Of a stretch of 64,000 bases of DNA, positions 1-9,077 are shown one piece after another. The notes beneath the pieces are model-generated. The model searched no databases. It saw nothing but the letters and a program-made list of their open reading frames with translations, and was not told where the DNA came from. The translations under genes and the position numbers were made by a program. The stretch is from an uncultured Lachnospiraceae bacterium (lineage in GTDB: Bacteria; Bacillota; Clostridia; Christensenellales; UBA1242), in contig CAYJCR010000001.1 in NCBI GenBank assembly GCA_964368755.1, positions 70,074 through 134,073 of the forward strand, read 5' to 3'. Position 1 is the stretch's first letter. Every line of letters starts with the position of its first letter.

Positions 1-181
1 TCCATACTTTGTCTCCTCAAAAAATTACTATAATAAATAATACATATTTTTTGTAATAATGTCAAATGTAAAAGCACTCATTTTTTGTTGGAACATAACT
101 TGTAATATGTTATACTACTAACTAGATAAATATTGTAGGCATAGTTGCACATTCTATATACAACAAATGAGGTGAAAAACA

Positions 182-1588
182 ATGGAACAAAAGTCTTTGA
201 AATTGAATTACAAAAGAACATTTATTGTAGGACTTGCATTTTTTACTATACTTATGATGTGGCAAGTTTATAACAATTATTGCCCATTATTCTTGAAGGA
301 TTTGTTACTATCTCATTATGGACCCAAAGGTGAAAATGGTGCAGGATATGATTATATTATAGGCATCATTATGGCTATTGATAATCTTCTTGCTTTGTTT
401 ATGTTGCCATTGTTTGGAACCTTGTCTGATAAGACAAAATCAAAACTCGGCAAGCGTATGCCATATATCATAGCAGGCACTATTGCCACTGTTGCGTTAT
501 TCCCATTCATTGCGTTCTTGTATATCAAAAATAACTTAATTGGCGTAGCAGTTATGATGGGACTTGTACTTGTTGCTATGAATATATATCGCAACCCAGC
601 TGTTGCTCTTATGCCTGATATGACTCCGAAGCCTTTGAGAAGTAAAGCAAATGCAATTATCAATCTTGTTGGTTATATTGGAGCGATATTCGCAGGTATT
701 ATTGCATTATTCTTCCCATATAATAAGAGCACTGTTATTGTTCCGTTCTTGCTTACTTCGGTATTTATGATTGTTGCCCTTATTATTCTTGTTTTGAAAG
801 TACGAGAAAATAAGATTGCAGAAGAAATGGCTCCTGAGATGAAACTTGGAGAAGAGTACAGTGAGAGTCTTGACAAGGTGTCTGAAGATAAGCCTTTGTC
901 AAAAAGAGATATGTCCAATCTATGGATAATAATAGCATCAGTATTCTTGTGGTTCTTTGCATTCAATGCTGTGGAGACATTCTGGACTACATATAGTCAG
1001 TATTATCTAGGCATATCCAAGTGGTCACTTGCGACTATAATCCTAACTATATCTTCTATAGTAGCTTTTGTACCTGCCGGTATATGGTCTCAGAAGATTG
1101 GTAGAAAGAAGATGATAATTATAGGACTCGTTATACTTATTGGCTCACTTATATTATGCGCTGTTGTAGGAGAACTTACTCCTAAGTTCGCCGCTTCTAT
1201 ACCTTGGCAGTTCTATTTAATGCTAGTTTTGTTCGCTTGTGCAGGTATTGGATGGGCATTCATTAATGTTAACTCGTATCCTATGATAGTTGAGATGGCG
1301 AACAAGGACAATGTAGGTAAATATACTGGCTATTATTATACAAGCTCAATGCTTGCACAGACTATTACTCCGGTTATAATAGGTAGTGTTATGGGGGCCT
1401 TGGGATATAAAATGTTCTTTGCTTATGCTGCGATATTTATGGCAATAGCATTGGTAGTATTTGTATTTGTGAAGAATCCAAAGTTTGCAAAAATCGATAA
1501 GGAAGGTAAAGTGGCTTTGGTTGAAGACAAGCCTATTATTCCAACAAAATCTAAAAAAGATACTAATGGGAAGAAAGACAAGGAATAA
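182..1588 (+). CDS. MFS-type transporter (GPH/SLC45-like cation symporter family)
   Basis: 468-aa ORF that is hydrophobic throughout (about 12 TM segments). Loop motif LSDKTKSKLGKRMPYI is typical of this MFS branch. GAGGTG RBS lies upstream of the ATG. Confidence 0.7.
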   Translation: MEQKSLKLNYKRTFIVGLAFFTILMMWQVYNNYCPLFLKDLLLSHYGPKGENGAGYDYIIGIIMAIDNLLALFMLPLFGTLSDKTKSKLGKRMPYIIAGTIATVALFPFIAFLYIKNNLIGVAVMMGLVLVAMNIYRNPAVALMPDMTPKPLRSKANAIINLVGYIGAIFAGIIALFFPYNKSTVIVPFLLTSVFMIVALIILVLKVRENKIAEEMAPEMKLGEEYSESLDKVSEDKPLSKRDMSNLWIIIASVFLWFFAFNAVETFWTTYSQYYLGISKWSLATIILTISSIVAFVPAGIWSQKIGRKKMIIIGLVILIGSLILCAVVGELTPKFAASIPWQFYLMLVLFACAGIGWAFINVNSYPMIVEMANKDNVGKYTGYYYTSSMLAQTITPVIIGSVMGALGYKMFFAYAAIFMAIALVVFVFVKNPKFAKIDKEGKVALVEDKPIIPTKSKKDTNGKKDKE

Positions 1589-1669
1589 TTTTGCTATTAT
1601 TGTTTGACATATGGGACAAAATATTTTATAGTGATAACATAGATATTCTTATGATAAGGGGGTCAAAAT

Positions 1670-2137
1670 ATGATTAAGAATAAAGAAAAATATCTTAGCA
1701 TTGTAGCAATAGTAGGTGGAGTACTTGCATACATTATGATGTGTGTTCCTGTACTTACAAAATTTGGTGGTTCTGCCAATGGCTGGAAAGTCCTAGAGAG
1801 TGGATTCCAAGTAACTGGGCAGATGATAGAGATTAGTGGAGCATTCCTTTCACTATTCTTGACAGCAGTACTTTTGGTGATAGCATTAGTTGCGGCAGCA
1901 ATGATGATTGCTTTTGGTATAGTTGGACTTGTAACAAACTATAACAAAGTAACCAAAGCTAATCTTATTCTAGCAATTATTGGTACAGTTGTTAGTGCTC
2001 TTGCAATAGTGTTCGTTGTAACAATGGGAGAGATCTTCGGCGTAGGAATTGGACTAATATTCATAGTTGTAGCATTCGTAGCATATTTCCTTGCTATGAT
2101 AGCAATAAGATTATCTAATCCAAAACAAAAGAAATAA
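1670..2137 (+). CDS. hypothetical multi-pass membrane protein
   Basis: 155-aa ORF with 4 long hydrophobic segments, a GGGGG RBS and a downstream terminator. No family recognised. Confidence 0.5.
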   Translation: MIKNKEKYLSIVAIVGGVLAYIMMCVPVLTKFGGSANGWKVLESGFQVTGQMIEISGAFLSLFLTAVLLVIALVAAAMMIAFGIVGLVTNYNKVTKANLILAIIGTVVSALAIVFVVTMGEIFGVGIGLIFIVVAFVAYFLAMIAIRLSNPKQKK

Positions 2138-2149
2138 CATATAACAAAG

Positions 2150-2174
2150 AGGCACGTTGTAGTGCCTTTTTTTA
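2150..2174 (+). terminator. rho-independent terminator
   Basis: AGGCAC-gttgta-GTGCCT stem followed by a T-run, directly after the stop at 2137. Confidence 0.7.
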
Positions 2175-2184
2175 TAATTAAAAT

Positions 2185-2221
2185 AAAAAAGTGTGCTTTG
2201 ATAATTTAGCACACTTTTTTT
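2185..2221. terminator. bidirectional rho-independent terminator
   Basis: GTGTGCT/AGCACAC stem flanked by an A-run and a T-run. It lies just downstream of the minus-strand small ORF stop at 2237. Confidence 0.7.
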
Positions 2222-2236
2222 GGTTGGATGATGCAA

Positions 2237-2380
2237 TTACATTTTTTTGAATGTAGTGTTGTTGCATCTTGGGCATGGTGGCATTTTGTCGTTCTTGCCA
2301 AGGTCAAGTCTTTGACCACAATTACAACAACAGTAGCAACCGCTGCCTGGCTTCTCGCCTGTAGTACAATCGCAAGCCAT
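2237..2380 (-). CDS. small Cys-rich (zinc-ribbon-like) protein, 47 aa
   Basis: My own translation is MACDCTTGEKPGSGCYCCCNCGQRLDLGKNDKMPPCPRCNNTTFKKM. GGAGGG sits 5 nt upstream of the ATG and a terminator follows downstream. The ORF is below the track length cutoff; the listed ORF 2206..2412 is in a different frame. Confidence 0.55.
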   Translation of the reverse strand: MACDCTTGEKPGSGCYCCCNCGQRLDLGKNDKMPPCPRCNNTTFKKM

Positions 2381-2646
2381 ATTATCCCTCCTTTATAGTC
2401 GACTAACATCATTATCTAAATCGGTAAAATGTAAGTTCATTGATAATCATTGTTTCTTGGAACTTGTTTGATACCAACTTATATACTGTGTTTGTCTATC
2501 TTTAGTTTGTTTTATAGACAAATGTTTATTCAAAAAAAGCATAGAAAACTATGTCAATTTTTGACAAAGGGAAGACTTTGTTGGAAATATAATTAGTTGA
2601 TAGACATAAGGTAAAGAACAAAGAAATTATTGACAAAGCATATTAT

Positions 2647-2712
2647 TGAAGTATTGACACAATTGATACTATTATCTGAAGTGTTATTTTGACAATAATA
2701 CTTTTTTGAAGT
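2647..2712 (+). promoter_or_regulatory. three phased TGAAGT(R)(Y)T direct repeats upstream of the hydrogenase operon
   Basis: TGAAGT starts at 2647, 2677 and 2707, an exact 30-bp spacing. Each copy is associated with a nearby TTGACA (2630, 2654, 2689). Confidence 0.35.
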
Positions 2713-2754
2713 GCTGTAACCGTGCCAATTTTGTTTTTATTTTTTTGTAAATAA

Positions 2755-2763
2755 TGTTATACT
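2755..2763 (+). promoter_or_regulatory. extended -10 promoter element (TGtTATACT) for hydCBA
   Basis: TGnTATACT lies 20 nt upstream of the hydC ATG (GAGG RBS at 2771). No good -35 was seen. Confidence 0.4.
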
Positions 2764-2782
2764 CAAACTATGAGGTAAAGTT

Positions 2783-3262
2783 ATGGAATTGTTATCTAGT
2801 CAGATGAAAGAACTTGATAGTTTGATAAAGAAGTACAAAAATGTCCCTGGTGGGATAATGGTAGTGTTGCAGGAAGTGCAGAAGATGTATGGATACTTAT
2901 CTAGCGAAGTGCAATCATACATTGCGCATGGCTTTGGAGTCGCTCCAGAGAAAGTCTATGGTATAGTATCTTTTTACACATTCTTTACAACTAAGCCAAA
3001 AGGCAAGTTCGATGTACAGTTGTGTATGGGTACGGCTTGTTTTGTGCTAGGTAACGGTACTTTCCAACAAATGATCGAAGACAAACTTGGTATCAAAGAA
3101 GGGGAGATAACCCCAGATGGCAAGTTCTCTTTGACTATTACTAGATGTTTGGGGTGTTGTGGAATATCTCCTGTCATCAAAGTAAATGATGAAGTATATG
3201 GTAAGTTAACTGAGAAAAAACTTGATGAAATAATCAAAAAATACAAAGATATGGAGATCTGA
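2783..3262 (+). CDS. hydC: [FeFe]-hydrogenase NuoE-like [2Fe-2S] subunit (HydC/HndA type)
   Basis: 159 aa with the thioredoxin-like 2Fe-2S pattern C-x4-C...C-x3-C (LCMGTAC...CLGCCG). It is the first gene of a three-gene operon with the NuoF-like subunit and HydA. Confidence 0.85.
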   Translation: MELLSSQMKELDSLIKKYKNVPGGIMVVLQEVQKMYGYLSSEVQSYIAHGFGVAPEKVYGIVSFYTFFTTKPKGKFDVQLCMGTACFVLGNGTFQQMIEDKLGIKEGEITPDGKFSLTITRCLGCCGISPVIKVNDEVYGKLTEKKLDEIIKKYKDMEI

Positions 3263-3264
3263 TA

Positions 3265-5133
3265 ATGACATATGAAAATTTGTGTACAATCAAGAATAAC
3301 TTCGCTAAGTTTATTGAACAAAGAAAACAAGCGATAAAATTGTCCAAAAGTACTTCCAAAAAACAGATACTTATATGTGGCGGCGGAGGTTGTGCTTCTG
3401 GCAAGAGCCTTCAGATGCTCAACAAGTTGTGGACTCTTGTCAAAGATAATCATGCAGAAGATAAGGTCAATGTTGTTGTAACGGGATGCTTTGGACTATG
3501 TGCTAGAGGCCCTTTGATGATAGTCTATCCAGAAGGAGTGTTCTATGGATTGCTCACTATGGATAAGGTAGAGAGGATATTTCAGGAGCATATATTAGGC
3601 AACAAAGTTGTAACAGAATACTTGTCAAGTGATGCAGTGGCGGATGGTAAGTATATAGACTTGTTTGATACAGATTTTTACAAAAAACAATTGAGAATAG
3701 CACTTCGCAACTGTTCCAAGATCAATCCTTGGAGCATTGAAGAATATATAGCACAAGATGGATATTTTGCTTTATACAAATGCTTGAAAGAATACAATCC
3801 AAAGCAAGTTATTGATATTGTTAAAGCTTCGGGACTCAAAGGTCGTGGTGGAGCAGGTTTTCCTACAGGTCTCAAATGGGAACTTACAGCCAAAGTTGAG
3901 TCAAAGCAGAAGTATGTTATATGCAATGCAGATGAAGGTGATCCAGGTGCATTCATGGATAGGTCTATTCTAGAAGGCGATCCACACTCTGTACTTGAAG
4001 CAATGGCAATTGCAGGCTATTGCATAGGTGCTAACAAAGGTTACATATATGTTAGAGCTGAGTACCCTATACAAGGTGTTATTCAGAATGCTATTGATAG
4101 AGCAGTAGAACTTGGTGTATTGGGGAAGAATATTTTTGGCACAAAGTTCTGTTTTGATATAGAGATAAGACTGGGTGCTGGTGCGTTTGTTTGTGGAGAA
4201 GAGACTGCTCTTATCGCATCTATTGAAGGTGGAAGAGGGACTCCTAGGACCAAGCCTCCTTATCCAGCAGAAAAAGGTTTGTTCGGCAAACCAACTGTCA
4301 TCAACAATGTTGAAACTTGGGCCAATATCAACCCTATTATTATGAAAGGTGCTGAGTGGTTCGCTAGTATTGGCAGTGAGAACGCTAAGGGGACAAAGGT
4401 CTTCGCTCTTAGTGGCAAGACGAATAATACAGGACTTATCGAAGTCCCATTTGGTACAACATTAAGAGAGATAATATATGACATAGGTGGTGGTATTCCT
4501 AATGGCAAGAAGTTCAAAGCAGCACAGATTGGTGGGCCATCAGGAGGTTGTATACCTTATACCCTTATTGATACTAAGATGGACTATGATTCGTTAGGCA
4601 AGATTGGTAGTATGGTAGGCTCCGGTGGGCTAATTGTCCTTGATGAAGACTCATGTATGGTAGATATTGCCAAGTATTACTTAGGATTTATATTGGATGA
4701 ATCATGTGGCAAATGTACTCCATGTAGGATAGGCAATCGCCGTATGTATGAGATATTGGAGAGTATCTCTAACGGTACGGCCAAACTTAGCGATCTTGAC
4801 AAGCTCAGACAACTTGCATCGTATGTCAAAGAGACATCACTTTGTGGTCTTGGTAAGTCTGCGCCTAATCCAATACTATCGACAATCAGGTACTTCGAAG
4901 ATGAGTACAAGGAGCATATTATAGACAAAAAATGTCGAGCAGGAGTATGCAAAGGCTTGATAAAGTACACTATTGATACAGATAAGTGCAAAAAGTGTGG
5001 TATATGTGCCGCTATTTGCCCACAAAAAGCCATTGTTGGCGATAGAACTAAAGGTTATGTAATAACAGACAAATGTATAAAATGTGGCTTGTGCTATGCA
5101 AAGTGTCCGTTTGGAGCGATAATAAAAAAATAA
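3265..5133 (+). CDS. hydB: [FeFe]-hydrogenase NuoF-like flavoprotein subunit (HydB/HndC type)
   Basis: 622 aa with GLKGRGGAGFPTG (FMN/NADH site) and an ESCGKCTPCR 4Fe-4S motif. The C-terminus has 2x CxxCxxCxxxCP ferredoxin motifs and the N-terminus a 2Fe-2S-like domain. Confidence 0.9.
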   Translation: MTYENLCTIKNNFAKFIEQRKQAIKLSKSTSKKQILICGGGGCASGKSLQMLNKLWTLVKDNHAEDKVNVVVTGCFGLCARGPLMIVYPEGVFYGLLTMDKVERIFQEHILGNKVVTEYLSSDAVADGKYIDLFDTDFYKKQLRIALRNCSKINPWSIEEYIAQDGYFALYKCLKEYNPKQVIDIVKASGLKGRGGAGFPTGLKWELTAKVESKQKYVICNADEGDPGAFMDRSILEGDPHSVLEAMAIAGYCIGANKGYIYVRAEYPIQGVIQNAIDRAVELGVLGKNIFGTKFCFDIEIRLGAGAFVCGEETALIASIEGGRGTPRTKPPYPAEKGLFGKPTVINNVETWANINPIIMKGAEWFASIGSENAKGTKVFALSGKTNNTGLIEVPFGTTLREIIYDIGGGIPNGKKFKAAQIGGPSGGCIPYTLIDTKMDYDSLGKIGSMVGSGGLIVLDEDSCMVDIAKYYLGFILDESCGKCTPCRIGNRRMYEILESISNGTAKLSDLDKLRQLASYVKETSLCGLGKSAPNPILSTIRYFEDEYKEHIIDKKCRAGVCKGLIKYTIDTDKCKKCGICAAICPQKAIVGDRTKGYVITDKCIKCGLCYAKCPFGAIIKK

Positions 5134-5146
5134 CAAGGGAAGTATT

Positions 5147-6862
5147 ATGAAAAATATCAAAGTACAAATCAACGGCAAAGAGTTTGTTTGCGAAGAAGGC
5201 AAGACAATATTGCAAGTGGCTATAGACAATGACATCTATATCCCAACTCTTTGTTATCTCAAAGGCATCAACAATAACTCAAGTTGCAGAATATGTGTTG
5301 TTGAGATTGAGGGCAAAAAAGACTTGGTTACAAGTTGTAGTACACTTGTGAGTGATGGAATGAAGATTTATACTGACAACAATAGAGTCCGTAATAATCG
5401 CAAGATGACCTTGGAGTTGATATTGTCCAAGCATAACAAAGATTGTATCAATTGCAATAAGAATATGAAGTGTGAACTTCAAAAACTTTGTATAGAATAC
5501 GACCTTGAGGGAGAGAAAAGACCGTCGGATATAGATGATTCTTCGCCAAGTATTATTAGGGATAATTCCAAATGCATATTGTGTGGACGATGTGTCGCAG
5601 TATGTGGAGATGTTCAGAATTGCAATGCGATAGGAGTCAACAATCGTGGCTATAAGGCTAAGGTAGGTTGTGCTTATGACCTCCCTATATATAGTGTCAA
5701 ATGTGTTGGGTGTGGACAATGTACAAGAGTATGTCCAACGGGAGCATTACAAGAGAAAGATGATGTATACAAAGTTGAGAAACTTTTGCAAAGTGGTAAG
5801 ACCGTAGTTGTGGCAACAGCTCCATCAGTAAGAGTTGCTCTTGGCGAAGAGTTCGGCAAAGACTTTGGAACCAATTGTGAAGGCAAGATGGTCTCTGCAC
5901 TTAGAAAATTAGGTTTTGACAAAGTATTTGATATTAACTTCACGGCAGACCTTACTATTATGGAAGAGGCATATGAGTTCATAGATAGATTGACTCATGG
6001 TGGAGCGTTACCAATGTTCACATCATGTTCTCCGGCTTGGATCAACTATGTCGAGCAGAAATATCCAGAGTTTATTCCTAATCTATCAACATGTAAGTCT
6101 CCTCAAGGAATGTTTGGAGCAGTACTCAAGACATATTTTGCCAAGAAGAATAATCTTCGCCCAGAAGATATAGTATTTGTATCTATCATGCCATGTACTG
6201 CAAAGAAAGATGAAATAACACGAGATATCAATGCAACGTCTAAGGATATAGATGTAGTATTGACAACCAAAGAACTTGCAAGACTTATCAAATCGCACGG
6301 CATAGATTTTAATAGCCTAAAAGATGCTAAGTTTGATTCTCCACTCGGATTCGGAAGTGGAGCAGGTGCAATATTTGGAGTTACAGGTGGAGTAATGGAA
6401 GCAGCTCTAAGGACTGCATATGAGACTATTACTCATAAAACTCTTGGTAATGTGGATTTTGTATCCGTAAGAGGTCAAGCTGGTATCAAAGAAGCAGATG
6501 TTGATATAGATGGTACTGTTGTCAAAGTTGCAGTAGTAAGTGGACTCGGCAATGCATCAAAATTACTTGAAGACATCAAGGCTGGCAAGAAGAAGTATCA
6601 TTTTGTAGAAATAATGAGTTGCCCTGGAGGTTGTATCAATGGTGGAGGACAACCATATGTATCTTCTCAAGTGCTTAATAAGACAGACATCAAGTCTTTG
6701 CGTAGCAAAGCGATATATGATATTGATAAGAATATGACAATCCGTAAGAGTCATGACAACCCATACATTCAACAGATATACAAAGAGTATTTGGGTAAAC
6801 CAAATAGTGAACTTGCACACAAGTTGCTTCATACCCATTACTCTAAACAGAACAAGATATAA
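5147..6862 (+). CDS. hydA: [FeFe]-hydrogenase catalytic subunit HydA
   Basis: 571 aa with an N-terminal 2Fe-2S and 4Fe-4S ferredoxin module. H-cluster signatures are present: FTSCSPAW, MPCTAKK and EIMSCPGGCINGGGQP. Confidence 0.92.
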   Translation: MKNIKVQINGKEFVCEEGKTILQVAIDNDIYIPTLCYLKGINNNSSCRICVVEIEGKKDLVTSCSTLVSDGMKIYTDNNRVRNNRKMTLELILSKHNKDCINCNKNMKCELQKLCIEYDLEGEKRPSDIDDSSPSIIRDNSKCILCGRCVAVCGDVQNCNAIGVNNRGYKAKVGCAYDLPIYSVKCVGCGQCTRVCPTGALQEKDDVYKVEKLLQSGKTVVVATAPSVRVALGEEFGKDFGTNCEGKMVSALRKLGFDKVFDINFTADLTIMEEAYEFIDRLTHGGALPMFTSCSPAWINYVEQKYPEFIPNLSTCKSPQGMFGAVLKTYFAKKNNLRPEDIVFVSIMPCTAKKDEITRDINATSKDIDVVLTTKELARLIKSHGIDFNSLKDAKFDSPLGFGSGAGAIFGVTGGVMEAALRTAYETITHKTLGNVDFVSVRGQAGIKEADVDIDGTVVKVAVVSGLGNASKLLEDIKAGKKKYHFVEIMSCPGGCINGGGQPYVSSQVLNKTDIKSLRSKAIYDIDKNMTIRKSHDNPYIQQIYKEYLGKPNSELAHKLLHTHYSKQNKI

Positions 6863-6877
6863 CCAAGGAGAAGTTAG

Positions 6878-7657
6878 TTGAAAACGATTGTAATAACCGG
6901 AGGAACAAGTGGAATAGGACTTGCAACTGTGGATAAGTTGCGTGCCCAAGGCGAGAGAGTAATTGTACTATCTAGACATGCTTCTGGACAAGATAGTTAT
7001 GCTTGCGATGTTGCAAACGAGGAACAAGTCAAGGCTGTGTTCCAGGATATCAAAGCAAAGTATGGCAATATTGATGTTTTGATCAATAATGCAGGATATG
7101 GTATAGCAGGAGCCGTAGAGTTACTCGACAATGCCGAAGTGAAGAAAATGATGGATGTCAATTTCTTTGGAGTGTTGTACTGCTCTCAACAAGCTATTCC
7201 TATGATGAATGAAGGTGGTAAGATACTCAATATTAGTTCGGCTTGCGGGCTCTTCCCACTACCATATAGAAGTCTATACTGTGCTAGCAAATCGGCTGTA
7301 AGTATGTTGTCATATAGCATGGCGATGGAACTAAAAGGTGCACATATTGGAGTTTGTGCAGTTTGTCCTGGAGAAGTCAAGACGAACTTCTCAAAAACAC
7401 GAGTCAAAATGTTGTCTACCAACGAAAGATATGGCGATAGAATACAGAATGCCGTAGGAAGTGTAGACAAAAAAGAATCCAAAAGAATGTCTCCAGACAT
7501 TGTTGCAAAAGTTCTAGTCAGATTGTGTAACAAAAAGCATGTCAAACCATTGGTCATAATAAGTGGCAAATATAAGCTTACACACTTTTTGATGAGATTT
7601 GTGCCTTTGAAATGGTTTTTGTATCTTAATGAAAAAGTAACTGGTGGACATAAATAA
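6878..7657 (+). CDS. short-chain dehydrogenase/reductase (SDR)
   Basis: TGGTSGIG cofactor motif, NNAG, and a YxxxK catalytic motif (YCASK). TTG start with an AGGAG RBS. Confidence 0.8.
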   Translation: MKTIVITGGTSGIGLATVDKLRAQGERVIVLSRHASGQDSYACDVANEEQVKAVFQDIKAKYGNIDVLINNAGYGIAGAVELLDNAEVKKMMDVNFFGVLYCSQQAIPMMNEGGKILNISSACGLFPLPYRSLYCASKSAVSMLSYSMAMELKGAHIGVCAVCPGEVKTNFSKTRVKMLSTNERYGDRIQNAVGSVDKKESKRMSPDIVAKVLVRLCNKKHVKPLVIISGKYKLTHFLMRFVPLKWFLYLNEKVTGGHK

Positions 7658-7669
7658 AGGAGAGAGGCT

Positions 7670-8206
7670 ATGCCATATTTTCCAAAACCTGAGCATACAA
7701 AGATAATGAATGAGTTCTTTGTACTCATCAAAAATGAAGTTAACTACATAGCAGATATTGGTACTGGTAGAACAAGTTTATATACGATAGCAAAGCACTT
7801 TGGTTATTCTAAAGTCGATGCGTATTATAATGACCAAGATCTCAAAGTGTTCGATGTGATTAAAGATGAAATCTCAAAGCTGCGATATAACTTCGTCAAG
7901 ATGGATATTACATCATCGCATTGTAACAAACATTATGACCTAGGATTGTCACATCTCGTCATTACTAGAGGAAAAAGTGCTAAGCAAGATGAGCAATCTT
8001 TAATCAAAGGAATATTTAGTTTTAAGTGTAAATATCTTGTAATAATTGAAGAAAAAAGTGGAATTAGTGATATTATATTTGACTTTGCACGCAAATACGG
8101 ATATAAATTATTAAAGTCATCCAAATCAGTTAATACTATGAGCGCCAATATTATGAGAACAATAGATTACGATATTGGCTACTTATTTGAATATGTGGGC
8201 AGATAA
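7670..8206 (+). CDS. hypothetical protein (possible class I SAM-methyltransferase fold)
   Basis: 178 aa. The only hint is a weak motif-I-like ADIGTGRTS. Confidence 0.3.
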   Translation: MPYFPKPEHTKIMNEFFVLIKNEVNYIADIGTGRTSLYTIAKHFGYSKVDAYYNDQDLKVFDVIKDEISKLRYNFVKMDITSSHCNKHYDLGLSHLVITRGKSAKQDEQSLIKGIFSFKCKYLVIIEEKSGISDIIFDFARKYGYKLLKSSKSVNTMSANIMRTIDYDIGYLFEYVGR

Positions 8207-8219
8207 TAAAGGAGAAACA

Positions 8220-9044
8220 ATGACAACAAAGATAGTAGTTGATTCAACAGCTTGTATTGATCAAAAATATGCTGAGGAGAATAATATAGAGATAGTATCC
8301 TTAAGCCTTAATTATGAAGATGTCAATATACTAGAGAAAGATGTAACGGATTATGACTCAATATGTGAGAAGATGGCTCAAGGTGTAGTTGTTAAGACAA
8401 GTCAGCCTAGTTATGAGACATACAAAGAAGTATTAGAAAAAGCAATCAAAGAATATGATGATGTTATTGTACTAACTATATCAGAGGCTTTGAGCGGGAC
8501 TTTCCAATGTGTAAGTTTAGTTAAGCGAGATATCGGTAGTGACAAGATACATATTGTTGACTCCGGACAGACTGGAAGCGGTATCTATCTTATTGTCAAA
8601 GAAATGGTACAGAGAATCAAAGCCGGAGACAGTGGAATGGAGTTGTTAGACAAACTCCCTGCAATTTTGTTGAGAACTAACACATATTTTGTTCCAGCAT
8701 CACTCAAGTTCCTTCAACGTGGTGGTAGGATCAATCTTATAAGTGCTGCTCTTGGTACTTTGCTACAAATGAAACCTATACTTAACTTCCGCGCTGGCGT
8801 ACTCAAATGTGCAAAGAAAGCTTTTGGTATGCAGAAGGCAATATGTGAGATGGTGTCTATGATACCTGATAAGATTAAGTCACTTATATATCTTAACATT
8901 AAGGGCAAAGAAGCTTTGACCAATTTGAAGAAAAGAGTAGAGGCAAGATTCGGCATAAGAGACTTCGAAACAAGCGAAGTCAGTCTTGTTGTGTCTTCAC
9001 ATATTGGTCCTGGGACAGTAGGTGTAGCATATATGGAAGAATAA
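8220..9044 (+). CDS. DegV family fatty-acid-binding protein
   Basis: MTTKIVVDSTACI N-terminus and overall DegV-like layout. Start moved to the ATG at 8220, which has an AAGGAG RBS; the track start 8175 overlaps the previous gene. Confidence 0.82.
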   Translation: MTTKIVVDSTACIDQKYAEENNIEIVSLSLNYEDVNILEKDVTDYDSICEKMAQGVVVKTSQPSYETYKEVLEKAIKEYDDVIVLTISEALSGTFQCVSLVKRDIGSDKIHIVDSGQTGSGIYLIVKEMVQRIKAGDSGMELLDKLPAILLRTNTYFVPASLKFLQRGGRINLISAALGTLLQMKPILNFRAGVLKCAKKAFGMQKAICEMVSMIPDKIKSLIYLNIKGKEALTNLKKRVEARFGIRDFETSEVSLVVSSHIGPGTVGVAYMEE

Positions 9045-9077
9045 TCTATTCTTCATCTACAAAGGAGGAATACTTGT

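Noticed and set aside
1-20. The reverse complement of the first 17 nt reads AGGAGACAAAGTATGGA, an RBS plus ATG (3..5) of a minus-strand gene running off the left edge.
   Set aside because: Only 5 nt of coding sequence lie inside the window, so nothing can be said about the gene.
2206-2412. Track ORF of 68 aa on the minus strand.
   Set aside because: It has no RBS and an implausible composition. It is the wrong frame of the region; the real signal is the 47-codon Cys-rich ORF 2237..2380 with a GGAGGG RBS.
2506-2522. Possible Rex (redox repressor) operator upstream of the hydrogenase operon (TTGTTTTATAGACAA).
   Set aside because: Length and half-site spacing do not fit the 18-20-bp Rex consensus (TTGTTAA-N4-TTAACAA type). 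It is retained only as part of a generic 9-bp inverted repeat.
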